This document shows positions 25,091 to 36,534 of a stretch of DNA of 64,000 bases, one piece after another. The first letter of the stretch is position 1. Every line of letters starts with the position of its first letter. Origin of the DNA: Lama guanicoe (taxonomy: Eukaryota); contig MU053588.1 of the NCBI GenBank assembly GCA_013239625.1, positions 87,988 to 151,987 of the forward strand. The letters are read 5' to 3'. The notes below the pieces were generated by a model that had not been told where the DNA came from, made no database searches, and was given only the letters and a program-made list of their open reading frames with translations. Made by a program: the position numbers and the translations under genes.

Positions 25091-27399
25091 ATCTCAGTAC
25101 TATGATATTATGTTATAATAAATATAAAAGAGAAATAATGGGAAGCAATTTACCGGAAGATAACACGTTTCCCTCTGTGGGGTTTGGGCAAAGTCATACA
25201 GAGAGGGTCAGATGCTCACGTCCACCTATAACTGGTAATCTTATTAACAACAGGACACTGTCATCGGTCTCCACTAGTCCACTCCCCTCAAGTGACTCAT
25301 AGTAAATCACTTCATCCTCCTTAATTCTATTTTACAGGTGAAGCAACTGAGGCTCAAGAGAGGTTGCTGGGCATCAGCGTTGGCATCAGGATTTTAATCC
25401 ATGTCAACAGCTCTCACTATTCTGCTTGCATCACTCCTCGTGGAGTAAACGGGAAGCTGTTTGTGATCTCCTGGGACCCCAGATCCTGCCCAGCCTACTC
25501 CAGACCAACAATTCTCTGGAGTGTGTCTCATCCCTTCTCCATCCCCCAAGGTTCCTGACCATGCAACGGTGGGGACTTGGAGAAGCAATGCTGGAGGACT
25601 TGCAGTAGCCACACTGAGTGGCCTCATGAAGCAACGTGTGCCAAGGGTAATCGGCAGACAGTGTTATTGACAGCCAATAGGGAAATAGCAGATATTACCA
25701 GGATTTAATGTAAGAGCCACAGATACTGTATTAGTACTGGATTAGTGGGTAATGGGCATCAAAAGGCTTTGTGCTGGTTGTTAATGGGGGTCTTACACAG
25801 ATGGCTAATGTGGAGTTTATGGTGCCTTATCAGTCATTGCCCTTACCTGGGGAGAGGGAAGCAGGTTAACGGCACACACCAGTGTTCACAGAGAGGACTG
25901 GGGGCACCACCACATACTGTGTTGGGGATGGTTACAAACACAGCTAGGTGGGGTCATGGAAGATAACTGGAAACGATCATTGTGATGGACAGCTAATGGA
26001 GGGAGATGCAAGTCATCCTGCTAGAGGTTTAATGGAAGTATCAGGAGATATTATTAAAAGCTGGATTAGGTGGGGTATATATACCATGGTTCCCTACTCC
26101 GAGGATTGTAATAAGTGGTCGTTAGTCACTAGTTAGGTGGAAGTGGGAATAAATGGGGAGTAGGGAGGCGACAAGACTGTTTTACAAGTTGGGTAAAGTA
26201 ACATACACTATGCTGGAGGTAACTGGAGAAGCCGTATAATGAGAAGGTATCTAGACACTACTTCTTGGAATTAATAAGGAATGATAAACATAGTGATGGA
26301 GTCAGGTAAAAGGGGGATAATGGAGGGTGTCCAGACCTTGTGCTGGAGTGGGTTAAGAAGGGGTAATGGAACAATCTCCAGACTCTCCTGAGGGGTCTGC
26401 TAACACTGTCCTAAGCTGGGGGACAGTGGTGGGTCACAAGACATTAACTGAAGCTGCAGTGCCAAATGAGGGAAAAGTGGGTAGTGGGTCACCATAGTGT
26501 TCTAAGATAGGGAAGGGCATACAGTGGTTCACCAGATACTGTGAAGGGGTGAGATAAAGGGGAGCTGACGATGGATTAGACGTGGAGCTAAGGTGTGGTA
26601 ACGGGATATGTCATTACACACTGCCCAATTTGGGTGAGCGGATTACAGGAGAATCCTTAGTCCTGCCCCCTCAACCAGGTTGTCACCATCCTCGATTGGG
26701 ATTGCTGTGTTGTAGGCAAGCATATAATTAACTTTGTAAGAACTTGTGCCAATGACTGACCTGGAGGAACCACTTTGCTGGTGCCAGTTTGTCCACCCAG
26801 CAGCTGAACATTCAATCAGATCCTCTCACACATCTGTGAGGCCACTGCTGCCCAACTCTTGGTTGTGCACCAAACTTCCAAGGAAGGCAAACCTCTCTCT
26901 ACTCTTGACCTTTCCATATTATTGGCTTTGGGTGTACCTGTCAGAGCATGATAAGCAGGTCTGTAGGTCAGGTCATGGGGTGGGCAAGACCCTGTCAAGG
27001 TGCAAGTAGGGTAGGGCAGGACTTGTGTGCTGGGGCAGAGTGAGGGGGCTCTCTTGTGGTCACTTTGAAGCTGACTGTGGTATTTCGGAATCACTGAAGG
27101 GAATCCTGGAACATCAAACATGTATGTGGGATTTCCTGTGCCACAGTTCTCCTTTCTTTAAATGAGTTGGCACCAGGCCAGAAGGTTTACAATTACGTTA
27201 CAACTTTCAGGCCAGGAAGGAGGCACAGGCCAGGTAAAGACTGGGGGTGGAAAAACCTGGTGTGTTTTAGGCAATTTGGTTTTCCTCTTGGAGCATTTTA
27301 TGCTGCAATGTAGAAAGGATCAAAGGGAAGTCAAGGCACGAGTAGGGTCAACACTCCACAACGTGCATCATGGAATGACTGCTGTATGTCAGGCATAGG

Positions 27400-27800
27400 T
27401 CTAGGTCCACAGTGGGGACAAAAGAGGGAAAAACATTCTAGAGTGCAAATCACAGACAAATAAGTTAAATATACAGGGTGTCATGGTAGTAAGTGCTATG
27501 GAGAAGGATAAAGGAGGAAGAGGAAGGGGCTGGAATTTTAAGCCAGGTAGGCAGGGAAGGGCAGGGAAGGCCTCTGTGAAGAGATGCCACTGGAAGAAAA
27601 ATACGAAGGAGGAAACCACAAAGATATAATGAAGAACTGTGCTCTTTGAAGAGGGCATGGCAATTGCAAAGGCCCCAAGGCAGGACCTAATCTGATGTGA
27701 TTGAGGCACATGGGGGAGAAGGTCCTTGAGTGCATGGCATGAAGTTGGAGAGAAAACAGTGAAGGCATGTTGGAATTTGTTTTCGATGAGTTTTGCTTTC
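27400..27800 (-). mobile_element. L2 fragment
   Basis: taagtgctatggagaa...gggaaggcctct...tgcaaaggcccc.aggcagga, typical of L2. Confidence 0.65.
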
Positions 27801-28189
27801 AATTTGTTACTATCATCATGAAGGTCAGGTCATTAAGGAAGAACCACGACAGTAAAAGGGAGACTGACGTGAGGAGTTGATGGAGGTGACCTGAACAGTC
27901 TCTCTTTAGAAGCTTTCCTGAAGGTAGTGGGAGTTCAGTAAGACCCTAAGCTGGGGGCTAAATGAGGCTCAGCGAGTCTGGGAGATAAGGGTAGTGAGCA
28001 GATGTGGTGTTTAGCACTAACGGGCAGTCACAATGCAGTTACAGGGCTCAGAAGACAATGTGCTGTATGAGAGCTGAAGACACTACACTCTACTGGTGGC
28101 TTAGAAGGTGGGTGCCACTCATGGTGCTAGAGGATAGCGGAGGAGGCAACATACACTCTTAGGTTTATGTCTGTATACATAAATAATTT

Positions 28190-28195
28190 TTTATT
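28190..28195 (-). terminator. Candidate polyadenylation signal (AATAAA) of the ZNF585A-like gene
   Basis: tttatt on the + strand about 530 nt downstream of the stop codon. Confidence 0.5.
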
Positions 28196-28726
28196 GTGGC
28201 ATCTCTTTCTTGATAAAAATATTCCGTAGGGGATTGGATACGTAAAACCATGTTAGATTCAACAGAAGAATAACACCCAAAATTCAGTTAGACATTGTGT
28301 TCTGCAACAAACACCTCACAGAACTGAGGGTTTATCACTCTCATATATATTGTGTCATTCTACCATTCAATTGTTGGCACTTTACCCACTCCAGAGTAAA
28401 CAGGATTATCATCAACATGACTTCACGTAATGCTTCGTATGCAGAATTTGGTAACAGTGTTCCATTATATTTTTCATGAGAAGGCTTCTTCTAATGTACC
28501 AAATTGACCAAGTTCCTTCTCAATATGAAAGCCCAAGGTTTGCTGAGACTAGTGACAATGTGGGAAGGGGCTCCTCTCACTCAGGGCCCTTCTAGAGGTC
28601 CTCTTCTGTAGTGTGACATTCTGATGCAGTATTTCTGCTTACGATAATATGCATGTTTTCTGTTGCGTGAATTCAGTGATGTAAAGCCAGATCTGATCTC
28701 ACTGAGGTTCTCTCATTCTGTTCCTC

Positions 28727-31173
28727 TCAAGTGTGACTACTCCGATGCACATTGAGCACTGATTTCTGAACAAAGCCTTTCCCACAGACTACACACTTAT
28801 AGGGTTTGTCTCCAGTGTGCGTTGTCTGGTGTTTATTCAAGTTCGACCTGTCAGTGAAGGCCTTCCCACACTCAGCACACACATAAGGCTTCTCCCCTGT
28901 GTGAATTCGCTGATGCACTTGGAGTTGTGATTTCTTAGTGAAAGATTTGCCACAGTCACTGCATTCATAAGGTTTCTCTCCAGTATGAATTCTATGATGT
29001 ATAATCAGCTCTGACTTTTGTCTGAAGGTCTTCCCACATTCAGAGCAGATGTAGGGCTTTTCTCCAGTATGAGTTTTCTGGTGTTTACTGAGATTTGACC
29101 TGCCACTAAAGGCTTTCCCACACACAGCACACACATATGGTTTTTCTCCTGTGTGAATTGGTTGATGCACCAGGAGCTGAGATTTAGAGGTGAAGGATTT
29201 CCCACAATCACTGCATTCATAAGGTTTCTCTCCAGTGTGGATCCTCTGGTGAGTAATGAAGTTTGACTTCCGGATGAAGGCTCTTCCACACTCAGTGCAC
29301 ACGTAGGGTTTCTCTCCTGTATGAATTTTCTGATGCACAATAAGTATTGATTTCTGGTTGAAGGCTTTTCCACATTCATGACATTCATACTGTCTCTCTC
29401 CAGTGTGAATTTTCTGGTGTATATTGAGGTGTGATTTCTGGGTGAAGGCTTTTCCACAGGTACTACATTCATAAGGTTTCTCCCCAGTATGAATTCTCTG
29501 ATGTGTAATCAAGTCTGACCTCTGTGTGAAGGCCTTGCCACATTTAGAACATACATAGGACTTCTCTCCTGTATGAGTTTTCTGATGTGTAATGAGATTT
29601 GACCTGTTGGTGAATGCCTTCCCACACTTAGTGCACATATAGGGTTTCTCTCCTGTGTGAATACGTTTGTGCACGTGGAGTTGTGACTTGGAAGTAAAGG
29701 ATTTCCCACAGTGACCACATTTATAAGGTTTCTCTCCGGTATGAATTATTTGATGGGCGATCAAGTGTGCCTTCTGGATGAAGGCTAGCCCACATTTCAT
29801 GCACACATATGACTTTTCTCCTGTATGAATTCTTTGATGCACTGTGAGTGCTGACTTCTGAGTAAAGGCTTTTCCACAATCACCACATTCATAAGGTTTT
29901 TCTCCGGTGTGAATTCTCTGATGTATAATCAACTCTGACCTGTAGGTAAAGGCTTTACCACATTCATTACATATTGAAGATTTCTCCCTAATTTGAACTT
30001 TCTTATGTGTATTGAGGTTGGAACTACTGTTGAAAAGCTTCCCATATTCGTTGCATATAAAGGGTCTCATTCTTGTGTGAGTTCGTTGATGTACCTGAAG
30101 TTGTGACTTAGAAATGAAGGACTTCCCACAGTTACTGCACTCATATGGTTTTTCTCCAGTATGAATTCTTCGGTGTGCAATCAAGTGTGTCTTCTGGATG
30201 AAGGCCTGTCCACATATGATACATATATAGGATCTCTCACCTGTATGAATTTTCTGATGCATCTTGAGTGTGGACTTTTGTGTGAATGCTTTGCCACAAT
30301 CACTGCATTCATGGTGTCTCTCTCCGGTATGAATTTTCTGATGTATACTAAGATCTGAGTTATAAGAGAAGCCTTTCCCACATTCACTGCATTCATAGAG
30401 TTTTTCTCCAGTATGAATTCTCTGATGCCTGAAAAGAGAAGATACCTGGAAAAATGCTTTCCCACAGTCACCACACTTATAGGGCTTCTCTCTAGTATGG
30501 GTCCTCTGATGTGTAATGAATTCTGGTTTCTGTACAAAAGCCTTCCCACAGTCAATACATACATAGAGTTTCTCTCCTGTATGAACTTTCAGATGTACCT
30601 TGAGTTGTGACTTCTGGGTAAAGATGTTTCCAAATTCAGCACATTCGTAAGACTTTTCCCCAATGTGAATTTTCTGGTGTTGAGAGGATGCCTGCTTATA
30701 GCTGAGGGTTTTTCCACATTGATTATGGTCCCACAATTTCTCCCCTGCTGGAGTACACTGACGGCCAGTAGAGGAAGAAATTTTACCATGTTCAGTAATC
30801 TTATTAATGTTCCTTGACCCACTGTTTCTATTATGACTGTGTAAATCTAAATTATGCTTCAAAGCATTTCCAAATAAGTCACACTGATGGGGTCTTCTTG
30901 GGGAAGGAATGTTTTGGCTCCCATGGATTATTTTTCTAATGTCCTTATATTCATAATCTCTCTTTATAGTCAGTGTTTTCTTGATGAAAGCAACATCTCT
31001 TAAAGATTTCTTTTCTCTTTGCTGATAGCTCTCTATCTGGTCAGCAATCTGCCAAAATTCTTCTAGAATAAAATACAACAAAATGTCACGTGTAGCATCA
31101 CTTTCCCTCTCAATGTAGAAAGAAGCTTTTTCAGAAATTCTCTGCTGTGAAGTTTGAAACTCAAACTCTCCTT
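28727..31173 (-). CDS. ZNF585A: Zinc-finger (last coding) exon of a ZNF585A/B-like KRAB-ZNF: 21 intact C2H2 fingers plus degenerate fingers. Two in-frame candidate acceptor positions: 31173/31170 (long) or 30744 (short, human-like)
   Basis: ORF 28727..31081 with tandem CxxC...HxxxH/TGEKPY units. [10 protein letters not shown]...[10 protein letters not shown]...[14 protein letters not shown]...KGFVQKSV matches human ZNF585A as recalled. The frame stays open to 31173, bounded by an in-frame TGA at a pyrimidine-rich acceptor. Stop TGA at 28727-28729. Confidence 0.93.
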
Positions 31174-32324
31174 CTCAAAGGAGAATGAGGAGATGATTTT
31201 AGCTCAAAGAGCAGCTAGCAGACGCAAGAGGGGAGGGTCATATGGCTCATCCAGGTTGAACACAGTGGAAAGGGTGAGATGACTCATTGGCTAAGGCTTG
31301 GTGACAGTGGTGACAGGAAACATTCTGGGATACAATTCAGTTTATTTAGGAAACTTTATGAAGACAATGCACCATGCACTTAAGTGAAAAAAGTAAGGCA
31401 AAGAATAAGATATACATCAGAATAACATTTATATAAACTAATAATACATACCCCAAGTTACTTTAAATTTTAAAAGAACATATATGAATTTAAAAGTATG
31501 TTTCCATCATATAAAACAATTGCCTGTGATGGGAAGTGAGATGAGTCTGGGGAAAAGAAGGAAAAAGGAATAAATCAAAAAATAAATAGAGAATCCTTAC
31601 CCATACTGATGATGATAGTCCTGAATGAAGACATGATTAAATTCAAACCCCATGCGAAGTACAGAAATAAAGCAATTACAAAAATCAGCCAGCCAGGCAG
31701 AAAGCCACTAGTCAGTGTAAATTCTCAAGCACCATAAGAAGGAAAAGTCCGAATGGTACTCCCAAAGGCTAAGCAACAGCGACCCCTAAGTCATCAGCTG
31801 GAGGAAAGGCATAGGGAACGGGGAAGTGAGAAATCTTATGTCAGTGACTATGGAGGAAACAGAAAGAGAGCATGATTGGAGGTAAAGTTCGAAAGCATCT
31901 CACAGTGAGAGAGAGAGAGAAATGAAAGAGGACTAGGAGGAGTGGAGTGTCTTACATATAGTAACTTTGAAAGAAAGCAGATCTTAAAGATACATAAAGA
32001 AGATCTCAGACAATGGGGAAGGCAGAAAGATAAAAGAATGTTAGACAAACGGAGCAGAGCCAAGGAAAATAGAAAATATTTAAAGAGGCAAATCGGCATG
32101 TGATCCAGACTCCAAAAAAGCCAAGGAAGAAGACGGAAATGACAAAGGCATTTATGTAGTAAGGCTTTTAGTTCTTTGAGAGGCCGATGTCAAGGGTTGT
32201 CAAGTAACACAAAAAAATTAGAACCCTCGAGAAGAGCCATCTTTACAGCATTTCAGAATGCCAGGCTTTCTCAAGATGGCTGAGATTTACTCTCCTGTCT
32301 GCCATCAGCCTGGGTCCCACTCAC

Positions 32325-32417
32325 CTGGACAGCTCTGACGCAGGCTCTCACTCTGCATTGCCCATGGCTCCTCTGCTTGTTCCAACATGAAAACCTCTGG
32401 TTCAGGAACTTGATACC
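32325..32417 (-). CDS. ZNF585A: KRAB-B exon of ZNF585A-like gene ([31 protein letters not shown])
   Basis: 93-nt exon with aaacag acceptor and CCAG|gtgagt donor, phase 1/1, carrying the LEQxxEPW KRAB-B motif. Confidence 0.92.
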
Positions 32418-32546
32418 CTGTTTGTGAGACATGACAAAAAGTCTCGGTCCAGCTAATTGTGTTTCAGGGACCCATCAATAAAGTTCTGTCATTCAATGAG
32501 GCTTTGTTCGTTAGGAAAGTAATAGTATATCTCTGAGAACAGAGTA

Positions 32547-35500
32547 CAGTTGTCCCTTGAACAACAGGGGACTGTTGAACTGCATGGGTCCACTTATCTG
32601 TGGACTCTTTTCAATAAATATATTTACTGAAAATACTGGAAAATCTTTTGGAGATTTGTGAGAATTTAAAAATACAGACAAACTGCATAGCCTAGAAATA
32701 TCAAAAAAATTTAAGAAAAAGAGATGTCATGAATGCATAAAATACATGTAGATACTAGTCTATTTTATCACTTACTACCATGGAATATACACAAATCTAT
32801 TATAAAAAGTTAAAATTTATCAAAACTCACCCCCCCAAAAACTTACAGACCCTACATGGCACCATTCACAGTGGAGAAATGTAAACAAATGTAAAGATGC
32901 TGTATTAAATCCTAACTACATAAAAGTAACTGTGGTGAGTACTGTACTACCGTAATTTTGTAGCCACCTCCTACTCTACTGCAGTGAGCTCAAGTGCTGT
33001 GAGTATCCACTTAAAATACCCTCATCATGTGAGCAGCCCCTCTCTCTAGCAAATTGCATACAACAGTAAAAAGGGATCTCTCCAGGTTCTCATGTACTTT
33101 TTGTTCAATGCAATATGATAAACCCAGAATAACATCACGGGACCCATACTGGTGCCACTAGTGATGCTGGAAGTGCTCCCAAGAGCAGAGAAGCCATGAC
33201 ATTACAAGAGAAATTTGAATTTTTGCTCATCCCATAGATTGAGGTCTGCAGCTGTGGTTGCTGGCCATTTCAAGATAAATGAGTCCAGCATAAGGACTAT
33301 TGTTAAAAAAAAAAAAAAAAGAAAGAAAAGGAAATTCATGAACCATCACTGCAGCTACAGCAGCAGGCATGAAAACCTTGCATTTTTTGAGAAATATTTT
33401 ATCTTGTACTAAAAATGTAGTTTTTATGTGGGTGCAGGATTGCTATAAGAAAAGCATAACCAGAGATTCTTAACATGATTTGAGAAAAGTGAAGTCATTA
33501 TAACTTAAAGTGAAAGGTAACCATAAGTTTATTCTCTATGTCTGTGAATCTGTTTCTTTTTGTAGGTAAGTTCACTTGTGAACTTATGATTATCGGGGGT
33601 AAAGGGGTTGGGAAGGGATAAATTGGGAATTTGAAAACTGCACCTCTTGGGGAGTGATGGAAATGTTAGCTAATTTTGACTGTGGTGGTGGTTTCATAGG
33701 TGTATACATTTACCAAAATTCATCAAATTGTACAACTGAAATATGTGTAGTTTACTGTACAGGAACCATACCACAAAAAAGGTGCTTAAAAAAAAGCAAA
33801 AGGAAGGTGACGGATCTAATGCTAGAGAATTTAATGCCAGTAGAGGATGGTTTCATAATTTTAGAAAGAGGTTCAACCTAAAAAACATCAAGATAATAGG
33901 AGAAGCAGCTCTGCTGACCAGAAGGCAGCAGATGAGTTCCTAGACGCCATTAAGAAAATCACTGAGGAGAATGGATATCTGCCTGAACAGGTTTTTAATG
34001 CAGATGAAAATGCTCTATTCCGGAAAAAAAAAAGCCACAAAAGACATTTATTTCTAAAGAAGAGAAGTGAGCACCAGGATTTAAGGCAGGAACTTAAATC
34101 CTAACTAACTCTACTGTTTTTGTGTAAATGCAGTAGGGCTAATGATCAGGACTGCTTTATCTGTCTGTAAAGCGGCTAACCCCAAGCCTTGAAGGGAAAA
34201 GATAAACACCAGCTGCCAGTCTTGGTTACAAAACAAGAAGGCCTGGATAACAAGAACCTTTTTAGATTGGTTCCACTGAGGCTTTGTCCTTGAAGTCACA
34301 AAGTACCTTGCCAGTAAGGGAATGTCTTTAAAGTTCTTTTGTATTTGGACAATGCCACTGGCCACCCAGAACCCTCACCAAAGCTGTCAAATGGTCTACT
34401 TGCCCCCAAACACAACATCTCTAATTCAGCCCCTAGATCACAAGGGCCATTAAGGCTTATTACACATGGTACTCTATGGTAAGGACTGTCAACACTATGG
34501 AAGAGAGCCTCGAGAGAGAACAACATGACAAACTAAAAGACTTACACCACTGAAGATGCCACCGTTGTTAGAGAAAATGCTGTGAAAGCCAACAAACCTG
34601 AAACAAATTCCTGCTGGAGAAACTGTGTCCAGATGTTGTGCACGATTTCATAGGATTTACAACAAAGCTAATGAGGGAAACTATGAAAGACACTGTGAAT
34701 AAGGAAAAAAAGGTGGGTGAAGGGTTTTAAGATATGGATCTTGGAAAAATTCAAGAGCTAACAGACGTCACACCAGAGGAAGTAACAGAAGACGGCTTGA
34801 TGAAGATGAGCGCTTCTGAATCAGCGCCAGGTGATGAGGAAGAAGACACAGAAGCAGCAGTGCCAGAAAACAAACTGACGTTAGATAATCCGGCAGAAAG
34901 GTTCTGATTATTTAAGACTCCTTCTGACTTCTTTTACGACACGGGCTTTTCTGTGATATGGGCACTGAAACTGAAGCAAATGGTGGAAGAAGGATTGGTA
35001 CCACATAGAAACATTTTTAGAGAAATGAAAAATCAAGAAAATGGTCAGACAGAAATTACAGTGTTTTTCTGTAAAGTTACACCAGTGGGCCTGCCTCGTC
35101 TGCTCCTCTTCCACCTCCACCTCCTCCACTTCTTCCATCTCTGCCATCCCTGAGACAGTAAGACCAACGCCTCCTCTTCCTCCTCCTCCTCAGCTTACTC
35201 AACGTGAGGATGACGAGGATGAAGACCTTTATGATGCTCCACTGCCGTTTGATGAGTAGTAAATAATCACCGTGCTGTACAGTTAATAAACTTACCTGTT
35301 GTGTGTGCGTGTGTCTTCCTGTGAAAATCTAGTGACTGTATGGCAGCGAGAATGGGATGAGATGTTTTTTATCATCATCATCATGATCATCAAGGATTCA
35401 TCATGTAGAACACCGGGTGCAACATTTGTATTAAAGTCGACAGCTTATCCTTACATAGGCATAAGGTGAGTGATATTTAATATAAAATTAATAATGTGTT

Positions 35501-36224
35501 TGTTTTCTTGTTTTGTAACTTCACTTTCAAAGAACTGCATTACCATATGGTATGCCTCTCTTGTAACTGGAGAAATTGCATATCAGCCTGTCATCACAGA
35601 TAGTGATTTTTTTTTAATGTAACTGTTTCCAATACTGTATTATGAATCTGACTGTAATACCATATTCCATAAAAATTGTACAGCACTTCATCTATTAGTG
35701 TATAGGCTCAGCTACCGTGTAGCCATCACACTGCTGCTTCTTCATCACCAATAAGTGAATTGTTCATTATACCTATAATACAAATTTCTTTTCCACATTA
35801 TCTTTTCATTTTTGATGTCTAGTGTTGTAATACATACAAATTTCTACAGTGTTTTGCATCACTTAAGACAATATTGATGTAGGTACTGTAAGAAGACAAT
35901 TCACCTTGTAAATAGATGATGTAAACTATGGTACCGATAAATACAGTATAGTACTGTAAATGTATTTTCTCTTCCTTATGATTTTCTTAACAACATTTTC
36001 TGTTCTCTAGCTTACTTTATTGCAAGAATAAAGTATATAATACATGTAACATACAAAATATGTATTAACCGACTGTTTATGTTATTGGTAAAGCTTCCAG
36101 TCAACAGCAGGCTATTAGCCGTTAAGTGTTTGGGGAGTCAAAAGTTATACATGGATTTTCAACTGTGCAGGGGGTTGGTGCCTCTAACACACCAACAACA
36201 CCTGTGTTGTTCAAGGGTCAACTG
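32547..36224 (+). mobile_element. Near full-length Tigger2-family (Tc1/mariner pogo-like) DNA transposon, Tigger2f-sized, with a decayed transposase
   Basis: TIRs cagttgtcccttgaacaaca ... tgttgttcaagggtcaactg flanked by TA on both sides (32545-46, 36225-26). Transposase remnants include FKINESSIRTIVK, EFNASRGWFHNFRKRFNLKNIKI and an acidic C-terminus, with many stops and frameshifts. Confidence 0.9.
33517..33795 (+). mobile_element. Short 5'-inverted L1 3'-end insertion nested in the Tigger2 element
   Basis: L1 3'UTR sequence in minus orientation (33517-33580) abuts the same region in plus orientation; A-rich tail; imperfect TSD aaagtgaaagg/aaagcaaaagg. Confidence 0.65.
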
Positions 36225-36351
36225 TAATACTCAGAGTGCCCCAAAGGCTAAAGAATCTTGGACAAATAAAGGACAAAACCATCATATAAGTCAGATACTT
36301 CACAGTATTCAGCAACTGAGAAAGAAAACACTCTCAGTGGGCCTTCCCTTA

Positions 36352-36534
<183 letters not shown>

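Noticed and set aside
29005..30822. Alternative-frame and antisense ORFs overlapping the zinc-finger exon
   Set aside because: Shadow ORFs produced by the periodic codon structure of C2H2 repeats.
28727..31081. Assignment of the gene as ZNF81 or ZNF175
   Set aside because: The linker is ZNF81-like, but the N-terminal MPANW exon, the finger number (21) and the finger sequences fit ZNF585A/B much better.
33190..35260. Domesticated TIGD-like transposase or KRAB-transposase fusion
   Set aside because: Multiple stops and frameshifts, a nested L1 insertion, and antisense orientation to the KRAB exons.
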